Shown here one piece after another: positions 18,488 through 25,005 of a DNA stretch of 26,014 bases (its first letter is position 1; every line of letters starts with the position of its first letter). The notes beneath the pieces are model-generated. The model searched no databases. It had not been told where the DNA came from and saw only the letters and a program-made list of their open reading frames with translations. The stretch lies in the IMG/VR virus record IMGVR_UViG_3300032303_001877, positions 1-26,014 of that record; one strand, 5' to 3'. The stretch is from a virus (Duplodnaviria > Caudoviricetes). The position numbers and the translations under genes are program-made.

Positions 18488-18724
18488 ATGTATATTAAAC
18501 TAACCAACGCTAGCCCACAGCATAGAGGCAATCCCATAGCTATTAACAGTGACCAAATCGTTACAGTACACAGTAGCACAGTGACTCGTGAAGAAGGCAC
18601 AGTGGAAACAGTGACTTTCGTGTTCTGTCCACCACACGGTACATGGGAAGTCAGTGAAAACTTCGATGATGTTGTAGACTTCCTTAACTATGCTACTTTG
18701 AGCAACAGTGTAGAAGAAGAATAA
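18488..18724 (+). CDS. FlbD/SwrD-like small protein
   Basis: MYIKLT...IAINSDQIVTV...WEVSENFDDVVDFL matches the FlbD-family pattern (MIxLT..N...I..I...VxEsxeEVxxxI). Confidence 0.6.
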   Translation: MYIKLTNASPQHRGNPIAINSDQIVTVHSSTVTREEGTVETVTFVFCPPHGTWEVSENFDDVVDFLNYATLSNSVEEE

Positions 18725-18849
18725 GTCTATAATGTACGGAGAGGGGTAAAAATCTGGTCTACTGTAGGGCAAAAAATTGCCGCGCAAAAATTGTGGGATT
18801 TGGAGATCTCGGCCCCTGGTGATCTACTCTAACACCGACTTTTTAAGGC

Positions 18850-18885
18850 ATGCTTGCTACTGTATGTATGTACAGTAGCTTGCAT
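18850..18885. terminator. Hairpin at the convergence of the + and - gene blocks
   Basis: ATGC-TT-GCTACTGTA-N6-TACAGTAGC-TT-GCAT. Confidence 0.55.
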
Positions 18886-18910
18886 TGTACCTGACCACCC
18901 CACCGGCCCC

Positions 18911-19171
18911 TCAGACCCGGTCTAGGTCCAGCTCACGCTCACCGTAGCAGTCAAAGCCTTCTGCTTCTAGCTCTGCGATAGCTTCGTGCATCAACTGCTC
19001 TACTACCCGTACCTTATCTACTGTGCGAGTTTCCTTGTGGCGCTTGGCTCGTGCTGTGCCCTGCTTGTAGACTAGATATATGTGCTCTGTACAGTAGCTC
19101 CGGCCCAGTACTGTAGCGCAGCCACAGGCTGTTATATTGTTGCCCATATAGGTGCATGTGTCTATAGTCAT
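18911..19171 (-). CDS. Small Cys/His-containing hypothetical protein
   Basis: CTY...CGC...SYCTEH possible Zn-binding motif; ATGA coupling. Confidence 0.7.
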   Translation of the reverse strand: MTIDTCTYMGNNITACGCATVLGRSYCTEHIYLVYKQGTARAKRHKETRTVDKVRVVEQLMHEAIAELEAEGFDCYGERELDLDRV

Positions 19172-19398
19172 TGTTCTGCGTCCTTGACGTCTTTGTCTAG
19201 TTGTTGTTTAAGTTCTGCGAGCTTGTCAGCGGGCAACATCAGCGTGATCCAGATGCCGTGATCCTGTCCTTCCTTGCGGGCCAGACTGTCACTGCATATG
19301 AATAGGGCTACCACAGACCAATACTCTGCTGAGTCCCAGTGCAACCCTATGGCACTTAACAGTAGCCCCAGGGTTGCCCACAGTACTAGTCTAGTCAT
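19168..19398 (-). CDS. Small membrane protein
   Basis: ATGA overlap with the ATPase stop gives start MTRLVLWATLGLLLSAIG; hydrophobic segments. Confidence 0.7.
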   Translation of the reverse strand: MTRLVLWATLGLLLSAIGLHWDSAEYWSVVALFICSDSLARKEGQDHGIWITLMLPADKLAELKQQLDKDVKDAEQ

Positions 19399-20267
19399 AC
19401 ACGCTTCATACAAGTAGTCTTGGCCATGGCCTTCCACGATGCTGGGAAGCTCTTACGCAGATCTGCAAGTTTCAGTACCATACGCAGGCTCAGCTCACGG
19501 AGCTTTTCCTGGTTAGCTTCTACGAACTCTACGATCTCGTCCTGTACGCATTGTTCAAACTCGTAGCGGGCCAACATCTCGTTGTGGTTCACTACCTGCT
19601 TGATACGCAAGATCTTCTCGCGATTGGTGTCCATCTGCAGGTCGATGTAGTGGCAACGGCTTTCCAATGCATCCAAGTGATCACGCAGGCGCTTAGACTT
19701 CACGTGCTCAAACTTGATGTTGGTAATGAAAATGGCCGCGCCCTTGAACTCAAAGCGATCTGGAATGCCTTCACTACGCAAGATCCTGCTGTCTGTGTTC
19801 CAGCTGATGAAACGTCGAGCTGAACTGTCCAAGGCACCCTTGAGAATGTTCAAGGATAGGTCTTCCATCAAGATGCTGTCACAGTCATCGAACACAACCA
19901 CATTGCCTGCTTCTGCGAACTCGTAGAGTTTGGCGTACAAGCCAATTGAGCTCATGGCACCCTTGACAACTTCAAACTTGGGCTTCTTCTCTGCCAAGGT
20001 ATTGAACAGGTCTGCTTTCTGTAGCACAGCTTCAACACCGTGGCTCTTGCCCACGCCCGGGGGACCTGACACGATCATGGCACGTACATGACCTTCTTTG
20101 ACTGCTCGTGTCATCTCATTGAGGATCTCAAAACGCTCGCCCAGTCGCTCGAGGATCTCTTGATCTGACTCCTTGGCCACTTCCTTTTCTCGACGCTTGA
20201 TAGCATCTTGATCGAACTCTAGTACTTGACTGCCTTTGCTGGGCGCTTTGCTTTTTGCTGTGGCCAT
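19395..20267 (-). CDS. AAA+/P-loop ATPase
   Basis: Walker A GPPGVGKS, Walker B VVFDDCD, sensor-1 ITN and Arg finger ALESRC. Confidence 0.88.
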   Translation of the reverse strand: MATAKSKAPSKGSQVLEFDQDAIKRREKEVAKESDQEILERLGERFEILNEMTRAVKEGHVRAMIVSGPPGVGKSHGVEAVLQKADLFNTLAEKKPKFEVVKGAMSSIGLYAKLYEFAEAGNVVVFDDCDSILMEDLSLNILKGALDSSARRFISWNTDSRILRSEGIPDRFEFKGAAIFITNIKFEHVKSKRLRDHLDALESRCHYIDLQMDTNREKILRIKQVVNHNEMLARYEFEQCVQDEIVEFVEANQEKLRELSLRMVLKLADLRKSFPASWKAMAKTTCMKRV

Positions 20268-20297
20268 TTTTGCTTCCTTTAGTGTGTTTAAAAATGT

Positions 20298-20326
20298 ATT
20301 ATAGCACAGGGCCGGAGCCCTGTCTA
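20298..20326 (-). promoter_or_regulatory. Early sigma70 promoter with a stem-loop in the spacer
   Basis: TAGACA-17bp-TATAAT; hairpin ACAGGGC-N4-GCCCTGT at 20306-20323. Confidence 0.75.
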
Positions 20327-20333
20327 CCCCTCA

Positions 20334-20687
20334 TTAGTCCATTCTTGAACCAGCGTAGACCTTGTCCAAGCCCAGCTTGTCACGCAAGACTTGAGCGTAG
20401 GCATCAGCGCCAGCTTCCAAGATGCTGATTGACTGAGTAGGGAAGCCGCTGGGGTTCCACAGGCTCAATGCACCCGTGTAGTCTTTGCGGAAGCCTGCGG
20501 CCTGCAACCACTTGCCCAACTTAGAGTTTGAACGAACGCCAAACACGTTGACCCAGGCAAAGCCACAAGCATCACGATCGCCATGCTTGGCGTAGAATGC
20601 CTTGGCCGCTGAGCGGGCTTGTTGAGCGGCTTCGTTAGTTGCGTCTTGTACCAACTGCTCTGTGATCACTGTTGCGATTGCTTGCAT
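20334..20687 (-). CDS. Conserved-looking hypothetical phage protein (CGFAWV motif)
   Basis: CGFAWV...AYAQVL...SRMD pattern; own promoter and GGAG RBS. Confidence 0.8.
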   Translation of the reverse strand: MQAIATVITEQLVQDATNEAAQQARSAAKAFYAKHGDRDACGFAWVNVFGVRSNSKLGKWLQAAGFRKDYTGALSLWNPSGFPTQSISILEAGADAYAQVLRDKLGLDKVYAGSRMD

Positions 20688-20719
20688 ATCTAGCTCCTGT
20701 TTAGTGTTTGTAAGTATGT

Positions 20720-20757
20720 ATTATAACGCCTTTTCAAAGCCCTGTCAACCAGTAGGG
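20720..20757 (-). promoter_or_regulatory. Early sigma70 promoter, class A
   Basis: CCCTACTGG-TTGACA-17bp-TATAAT. Confidence 0.88.
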
Positions 20758-20922
20758 TTATTTGGCTTCTTGCTGTGCAATCTTGCCTGAGTAGGCTTTG
20801 CCGGCACTGTGGATCAGGCCAGTCTTAGTGTAAGTGATGGTGCCGCCTGTGGAACTTGGGATAGATGTTGGTTTGAATCCCATGGGCGTCATGCCTGGCA
20901 ATGCGGGTACTTGTGGAGTCAT
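20758..20922 (-). CDS. Small hypothetical protein (54 aa)
   Basis: The start is ATG 20922 after an AAGGA RBS; the longer ORF-track start lies inside the promoter. Confidence 0.7.
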   Translation of the reverse strand: MTPQVPALPGMTPMGFKPTSIPSSTGGTITYTKTGLIHSAGKAYSGKIAQQEAK

Positions 20923-20949
20923 TGTGTGTCCTTTGTTGTTTAAGTGTGT

Positions 20950-20978
20950 ATTATAACATGGTTTTACCAACTTGTCAA
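20950..20978 (-). promoter_or_regulatory. Early sigma70 promoter, class B
   Basis: TTGACA-17bp-TATAAT with GGTAAAACC in the spacer. Confidence 0.88.
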
Positions 20979-20983
20979 CCTCT

Positions 20984-21238
20984 TTATGCCACCTGCTTGT
21001 AGACTTTGTAGCCGTATTGTGTCAGCTTGTCAATGGCACTTCGGATCTCTTGTGCTACTCTCTCAAAGTCCTCGAGACACTTCTTGGCTTCTTTGATAGT
21101 GTCTGCTTGAACTTCCAAGCCTGAGAAGTGGCGGACTTGATACCACCGCTCAACGTCATGCTGTGGGCGGAAGTCCTCAATGATGAGTTGGTATGTGCCC
21201 AAGTTCTTGTATACTACGATTTCGCCTTGCTTGATCAT
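20984..21238 (-). CDS. Hypothetical protein
   Basis: GGAG RBS and own promoter. Confidence 0.78.
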   Translation of the reverse strand: MIKQGEIVVYKNLGTYQLIIEDFRPQHDVERWYQVRHFSGLEVQADTIKEAKKCLEDFERVAQEIRSAIDKLTQYGYKVYKQVA

Positions 21239-21270
21239 ATTGTGTGCTCCTAGTGTGTTAGTGTGTATGT

Positions 21271-21308
21271 ATTATAACAAAGAATCAAAGTCCTGTCAAC
21301 CAGTAGGG
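21271..21308 (-). promoter_or_regulatory. Early sigma70 promoter, class A
   Basis: CCCTACTGG-TTGACA-17bp-TATAAT. Confidence 0.88.
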
Positions 21309-21311
21309 CTA

Positions 21312-21662
21312 TTAGCTAGCCCGCACCCGTTGTGCTACTGCGGACAGCTTCTTGTCGTTGGTGTTCACTAACATATAGGTCTCATACTCTACCATGTCAA
21401 AGCGTCGGAACTCAAACTGGATGCCCTGTGCTTTGAGGACCCGGTTAACTTCCAACAATGTAGCTTCTGCCACTGCAATGCCCACACGCACGTCTATGTC
21501 CTCTACATCCTCAAACTCTGCTTTCTCAAGGATGTCTTCAATGTTGCTGGGGCTGTCCAGGACTAGGAACTTGCGGAGTTTCTTGTTAAGAGCCTCGTTG
21601 CAATAGTCCTCTAGGTGGTCGCCCAGTTTGTTGCTGTCAATGTCTTTAAGTGTCTTAGCCAT
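21312..21662 (-). CDS. Hypothetical protein
   Basis: GGGAG RBS and own promoter. Confidence 0.78.
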   Translation of the reverse strand: MAKTLKDIDSNKLGDHLEDYCNEALNKKLRKFLVLDSPSNIEDILEKAEFEDVEDIDVRVGIAVAEATLLEVNRVLKAQGIQFEFRRFDMVEYETYMLVNTNDKKLSAVAQRVRAS

Positions 21663-21694
21663 TTGTCGCTCCCGTTTACTGTGTGTAAGTATGT

Positions 21695-21723
21695 ATTATA
21701 ACGTCAAAGTCTGAACTTGTCAA
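21695..21723 (-). promoter_or_regulatory. Early sigma70 promoter with -35 inside the upstream CDS
   Basis: TTGACA (codons L-D-K)-17bp-TATAAT. Confidence 0.85.
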
Positions 21724-21913
21724 GCACTTTGTTAGCTTCTTTGAACTGTGGCAATTTAGCCACAGCGGCGTCAATAGTGACTAGGTGTGCCTGCGCCAGC
21801 AGTTCTTCTGCATAGAGTCGGTCATCTTCCGAGATCTCCATGTACCATTGCTTGAGTTGTCGGCTGTTCAAGCTCAATAGGAACAATAGGTTGCCAGTAT
21901 CGTGCTCGTTCAT
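21704..21913 (-). CDS. Hypothetical protein
   Basis: ATGA-coupled to the upstream micro-ORF. Confidence 0.72.
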   Translation of the reverse strand: MNEHDTGNLLFLLSLNSRQLKQWYMEISEDDRLYAEELLAQAHLVTIDAAVAKLPQFKEANKVLDKFRL

Positions 21914-21996
21914 TTGATCAGTTCCTCAACAATGATTGCCGCCATCATGATCCAAACGGGCATCAAAACAATGGCTAGGTTGATGTATGCCTGCAT
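21910..21996 (-). CDS. 28-aa hydrophobic micro-protein (not in ORF track)
   Basis: AAGGAG RBS; MQAYINLAIVLMPVWIMMAAIIVEELIK; ATGA overlap with the next gene. Confidence 0.65.
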   Translation of the reverse strand: MQAYINLAIVLMPVWIMMAAIIVEELIK

Positions 21997-21997
21997 C

Positions 21998-22228
21998 TCA
22001 ATACTCCTTGTGAAGGCCGTTGGCTTCGTTATCTGTGTAGCCTGCGGTATAGGCCACGATCTCTGCTGGTGTCATCTGTGCCAGCTCGATCTTAGGACTA
22101 TTGTAAGTGTCACCTACGAAGTAGTGAGGCTGGTACTCACGGCCATACCAGCTGTCGGCTTGACCACGATCGTATGGGCCACCGTGTCGTTCATCGTAGT
22201 AGCCGGATTGTGTGTGTTCTGCTAACAT
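21998..22228 (-). CDS. Hypothetical phage protein
   Basis: TAAGGAG RBS; HGGPYDRGQADSWYGR motif. Confidence 0.8.
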   Translation of the reverse strand: MLAEHTQSGYYDERHGGPYDRGQADSWYGREYQPHYFVGDTYNSPKIELAQMTPAEIVAYTAGYTDNEANGLHKEY

Positions 22229-22237
22229 GTCTGCTCC

Positions 22238-22318
22238 TTAGAAGTATCTGATGAGAATGTAAAATTTAGCGGCAATGATCACCGAAACCAAAATACAACC
22301 TGCTTCAAAATCTGACAT
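22238..22318 (-). CDS. 26-aa hydrophobic micro-protein (not in ORF track)
   Basis: First ORF after the promoter, TAAGGAG RBS; MSDFEAGCILVSVIIAAKFYILIRYF; its stop overlaps the next RBS. Confidence 0.68.
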   Translation of the reverse strand: MSDFEAGCILVSVIIAAKFYILIRYF

Positions 22319-22345
22319 AGTGTGCTCCTTAGTGTCTATGTATGT

Positions 22346-22383
22346 ATTATACGGTAAAACCAATGCCCTGTCAACCTCTAGGG
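22346..22383 (-). promoter_or_regulatory. Early sigma70 promoter, hybrid class A/B
   Basis: CCCTAGAGG-TTGACA-17bp-TATAAT with the class B motif inverted in the spacer. Confidence 0.88.
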
Positions 22384-22605
22384 TTAATCTGTAAAGAACC
22401 GGTTCATCAATGATTGGTTGATCATGTCCATCTCGGACTGTTCGACATAGAAGTCTGTCTTGGGATCATAGTACTGACCTTCTTTGTTGTCATAATACAA
22501 CACACGACCGGAGAAGTTGAACGGACCTTCTAGACCCTTGCGTGGACCGTATTTGACACGCATCTGGTCCATCTCAACTCTGTCTGCTAGTACCTTGTAT
22601 CCCAT
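22384..22605 (-). CDS. Hypothetical phage protein
   Basis: AAGGAG RBS; GLEGPF...YYDNKEGQYYDP. Confidence 0.8.
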   Translation of the reverse strand: MGYKVLADRVEMDQMRVKYGPRKGLEGPFNFSGRVLYYDNKEGQYYDPKTDFYVEQSEMDMINQSLMNRFFTD

Positions 22606-22630
22606 AGTGTGCTCCTTGTTGCGATAGTGT

Positions 22631-22659
22631 ATTATAGCAAGGTTTTACCAATTAGTCAA
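22631..22659 (-). promoter_or_regulatory. Early sigma70 promoter, class B
   Basis: TTGACT-17bp-TATAAT with GGTAAAACC; the -35 overlaps the upstream V-D-stop codons. Confidence 0.85.
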
Positions 22660-22846
22660 CCAAAGAGAAAGTCCTTCCTTTTAGGTCGAGTTTCATTGGC
22701 TTGCGGAACTTGATGACCTTGTCTGTACCTCGTGGCAGATAAGCCACAGCCTCGGCACTCCGACCTTCGGGCTTCTTCTTAAAGACGTAGATGTGATTAC
22801 CACCTTGTCCGTCTGTGAACTTAGTGGTCTCTTGCATGATTACCAT
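22652..22846 (-). CDS. Hypothetical protein
   Basis: AAGGAG RBS inside the upstream gene end. Confidence 0.72.
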   Translation of the reverse strand: MVIMQETTKFTDGQGGNHIYVFKKKPEGRSAEAVAYLPRGTDKVIKFRKPMKLDLKGRTFSLVD

Positions 22847-23133
22847 GCCAACTCCTTTGCTGGGAAGCGGATCTGACCTTCGTAGTCCAACTGACTCTGC
22901 TCAAACTCTGTGAGGTAGTCATCGGCTACGACCTCCCAGCCAATGATGCTCTCTTTATAGTACTCATTGTCGCACTCGATCTGCGAGCGCAGGCCCATAA
23001 TGGTCTCTGTGACCTTGCCGAAGTCCTTGAACTTCTTGACCACATAATCCGAACCACCCTTGGGCTTCCAGTAGGGCTGGGCAATGTCGCCGTAGTTCTC
23101 ATAAGTCTGTGTAGTGATTAAGAGTTTAGCCAT
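22840..23133 (-). CDS. Hypothetical phage protein
   Basis: TAAGGAG RBS; ENYG...YWKPKGG motif. Confidence 0.8.
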   Translation of the reverse strand: MAKLLITTQTYENYGDIAQPYWKPKGGSDYVVKKFKDFGKVTETIMGLRSQIECDNEYYKESIIGWEVVADDYLTEFEQSQLDYEGQIRFPAKELAW

Positions 23134-23160
23134 TGTCTGCTCCTTAGTGTCTATGTATGT

Positions 23161-23189
23161 ATTATAATCTCAATCTATCTGCACGTCAA
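23161..23189 (-). promoter_or_regulatory. Early sigma70 promoter with -35 inside the upstream CDS
   Basis: TTGACG-17bp-TATAAT. Confidence 0.8.
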
Positions 23190-23355
23190 CCAAATGACCC
23201 TGCGAAAAGATGTAGTATTCGTTGATTAAGCCGTAGTAGGCCCAGATGCAGTCGTTGCCCGGGGCCAATGTGTAATGTTTCACACCTTTCTTCTCCAGGT
23301 GATCTGCGACTATGATGACTTCTAGGGGATTCAGTGTAGGATCTATTTTGTTCAT
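23170..23355 (-). CDS. Hypothetical protein, probably leaderless
   Basis: ATG 6 nt after TATAAT; no SD. Confidence 0.72.
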   Translation of the reverse strand: MNKIDPTLNPLEVIIVADHLEKKGVKHYTLAPGNDCIWAYYGLINEYYIFSQGHLVDVQID

Positions 23356-23361
23356 GTGTGT

Positions 23362-23399
23362 ATTATAACACCGTTTAAATACCCTGTCAACCAGTAGGG
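23362..23399 (-). promoter_or_regulatory. Early sigma70 promoter, class A
   Basis: CCCTACTGG-TTGACA-17bp-TATAAT. Confidence 0.88.
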
Positions 23400-23407
23400 A
23401 TATAGGT

Positions 23408-23476
23408 GAACCCCGCGTATCTCACGATAGGCAGGGTTCGAGTGCCGGGACACTACCCCCGGACTTCGGAGCGAAC
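23408..23476 (-). ncRNA. Candidate structured RNA element
   Basis: GNRA-capped long hairpin plus a CCGGG/CCCGG hairpin in a GC-rich intergenic gap. Confidence 0.35.
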
Positions 23477-23478
23477 TC

Positions 23479-23751
23479 TTAGACTAGACCGAGGCTCATA
23501 GCCAAGTAACCAGCGGCAATCAACTTGCGTGTTGGTTGACCGATTTGGTACTCAGTAACTTGAACATTGTTTCCGGCTTTGCGGCTGTTCGCATACACTG
23601 CAAAACCAGCTTGACGGATGCGGCTTGCTTCAGCGGCAATGTTCTTGATGCCGAAACGCTTTTGTGCTTCTGCGGCAGAAACTTTCTCACCAGCTTTCAA
23701 TGCTGTAAACAACTTGTGAGTCTTGGTGCCTTGATTGATTGAATAAACCAT
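23479..23751 (-). CDS. Winged helix-turn-helix DNA-binding protein
   Basis: LFTALKAGEKVSAAEAQKRFGIKNIAAEASRIRQAGFAVY...TEYQIG has HTH + wing pattern. Confidence 0.72.
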   Translation of the reverse strand: MVYSINQGTKTHKLFTALKAGEKVSAAEAQKRFGIKNIAAEASRIRQAGFAVYANSRKAGNNVQVTEYQIGQPTRKLIAAGYLAMSLGLV

Positions 23752-23793
23752 TTTAGTTTTCCTTTTTATTATACTGTGTAAACAGTTGCTATT

Positions 23794-23822
23794 AGTTTAA
23801 CACTATATCTAAACTAGGTCAA
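23794..23822 (-). promoter_or_regulatory. sigma70 promoter for the wHTH gene
   Basis: TTGACC-17bp-TAAACT; the -35 overlaps the upstream TGA stop. Confidence 0.6.
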
Positions 23823-24037
23823 TGACTAATTTTGCCAAACTCACGATCTACGTAATGTTCAATCAATCGACGCTGGATCATTGTAACCAAATCACCATGA
23901 TCATCCGACACTAGGAATCTAACCGGGCAACGGCCCCAAGTACCCGATCTTTGGAACTCTGCAAACCACTTGCGGTGATTCTTGTTTCCTGCTTCAAAAG
24001 CAGTCCATGGACGCCCTACAAAGTCTAGTCTACTCAT
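23819..24037 (-). CDS. Hypothetical protein
   Basis: ATGA coupling; WGRCPVRF motif. Confidence 0.75.
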   Translation of the reverse strand: MSRLDFVGRPWTAFEAGNKNHRKWFAEFQRSGTWGRCPVRFLVSDDHGDLVTMIQRRLIEHYVDREFGKISH

Positions 24038-24225
24038 TTTTTCACCGTGACGTTAGCTCGAATGAAGGCACCCAACAACAGGATGGCACACCAGGTATCA
24101 AATGTGTACTTGATATCCACAGCTGGGAACAATGTGTTCACTGACCAAATAACTGCCAGAGGTCCGAAGATGACCAGCAGGACAGCAAATACAACAATAA
24201 AAATAATTTTAATTAGATCGCTCAT
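24034..24225 (-). CDS. Small membrane protein
   Basis: Two hydrophobic segments; AAGGAA RBS. Confidence 0.75.
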   Translation of the reverse strand: MSDLIKIIFIVVFAVLLVIFGPLAVIWSVNTLFPAVDIKYTFDTWCAILLLGAFIRANVTVKK

Positions 24226-24241
24226 AGTGTTTCCTTGAATA

Positions 24242-24299
24242 CCCCGCAGTAGGTTATCGAAGCGGACTTATTGGCACCGCCGCTACGCACACTGCAGGG
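24242..24299 (-). ncRNA. Candidate structured intergenic RNA element
   Basis: Nested stems CCCTGCAGT/ACTGCGGGG and AGCGG/CCGCT. Confidence 0.35.
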
Positions 24300-24305
24300 A
24301 TTTGA

Positions 24306-24725
24306 TTAGTAAGGAGCGTCTTCCAAGTCAGCCAACTGAGCAACGATCTCAGCCTTAGACTTTGTAGAGGCTTTCTTAGCAGCTTCACCGCGAGCCTTGA
24401 TAGCATCCAATGAAGGTGTAGACTTCTTAGCTTTGGCTGCTTTAGGTGCTTTGGTAACCTTAGGAGTCTCTGAACGCTTGTCCAACTCAGCGGCCAATGC
24501 TGCCTGTACTTGAGCATTAGTGACACCATTATTGGTAGCAAAGTCGATCTCCATCAAGTAAGCAACCGCATCTTCTTTGGTCATTGCGTGTTTCAACTCA
24601 ATGATGTCGATGTCTGTGTGACCGTTCTTGATCAGGACCTTAGTACGAAGTGAGTCATTGGCAAAACGGACTTTGAATTCGCCGTCCAGTTTAGAAACGC
24701 CAGCGTGTGTAAAAGATTTAGACAT
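24306..24725 (-). CDS. Hypothetical protein with a Lys/Ala-rich C-terminal region
   Basis: Start ATG 24725 after AAAGGAAA; KVTKAPKAAKAKKS segment; ends DLEDAPY. Confidence 0.8.
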   Translation of the reverse strand: MSKSFTHAGVSKLDGEFKVRFANDSLRTKVLIKNGHTDIDIIELKHAMTKEDAVAYLMEIDFATNNGVTNAQVQAALAAELDKRSETPKVTKAPKAAKAKKSTPSLDAIKARGEAAKKASTKSKAEIVAQLADLEDAPY

Positions 24726-24780
24726 AATATTTCCTTTGTGTTTGTCTGTGTGTACCTGCGAATTATTTCGCATTAATTAA

Positions 24781-24809
24781 ATTGTAACACCTTTGGACGG
24801 TGGTGTCAA
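24781..24809 (-). promoter_or_regulatory. Early sigma70 promoter
   Basis: TTGACA-17bp-TACAAT. Confidence 0.8.
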
Positions 24810-24822
24810 CCGTTTTTTGGTA

Positions 24823-25005
24823 TTAGGAGTTGATTGTTTCGTATGGGCTCAGCTCCTCCTGTGGCGTATCTGCCACATTCATAGCTTCCAATGCGCCCAA
24901 AACAATCTCAATGGGGCACCCTAGTTCTTCTGCGATTGCACGGCTGTTGAAGCCCTCAATGTACAGTTCTTGAATGTCGTAGCTCAAATCTTTCATCACG
25001 CTCAT
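24823..25005 (-). CDS. Small acidic HTH-like protein
   Basis: LYIEGFNSRAIAEELGCPIEIV resembles an HTH; TAATG coupling. Confidence 0.65.
   Translation of the reverse strand: MSVMKDLSYDIQELYIEGFNSRAIAEELGCPIEIVLGALEAMNVADTPQEELSPYETINS

Larger units (their letters stand above)
22323..23166. repeat. 29-bp exact direct repeat of the -10/leader/RBS cassette
   Basis: TGCTCCTTAGTGTCTATGTATGTATTATA at 22323-22351 and 23138-23166. Confidence 0.9.

Noticed and set aside
18061-18787. Minus-strand ORFs 18061-18384, 18400-18600 and 18500-18787
   Set aside because: No RBS or promoter support; they overlap better-supported plus-strand genes.
23400-23480. tRNA (contains GGTTCGAGT, T-loop-like)
   Set aside because: No cloverleaf could be built: no matching T-stem, acceptor stem or anticodon arm.
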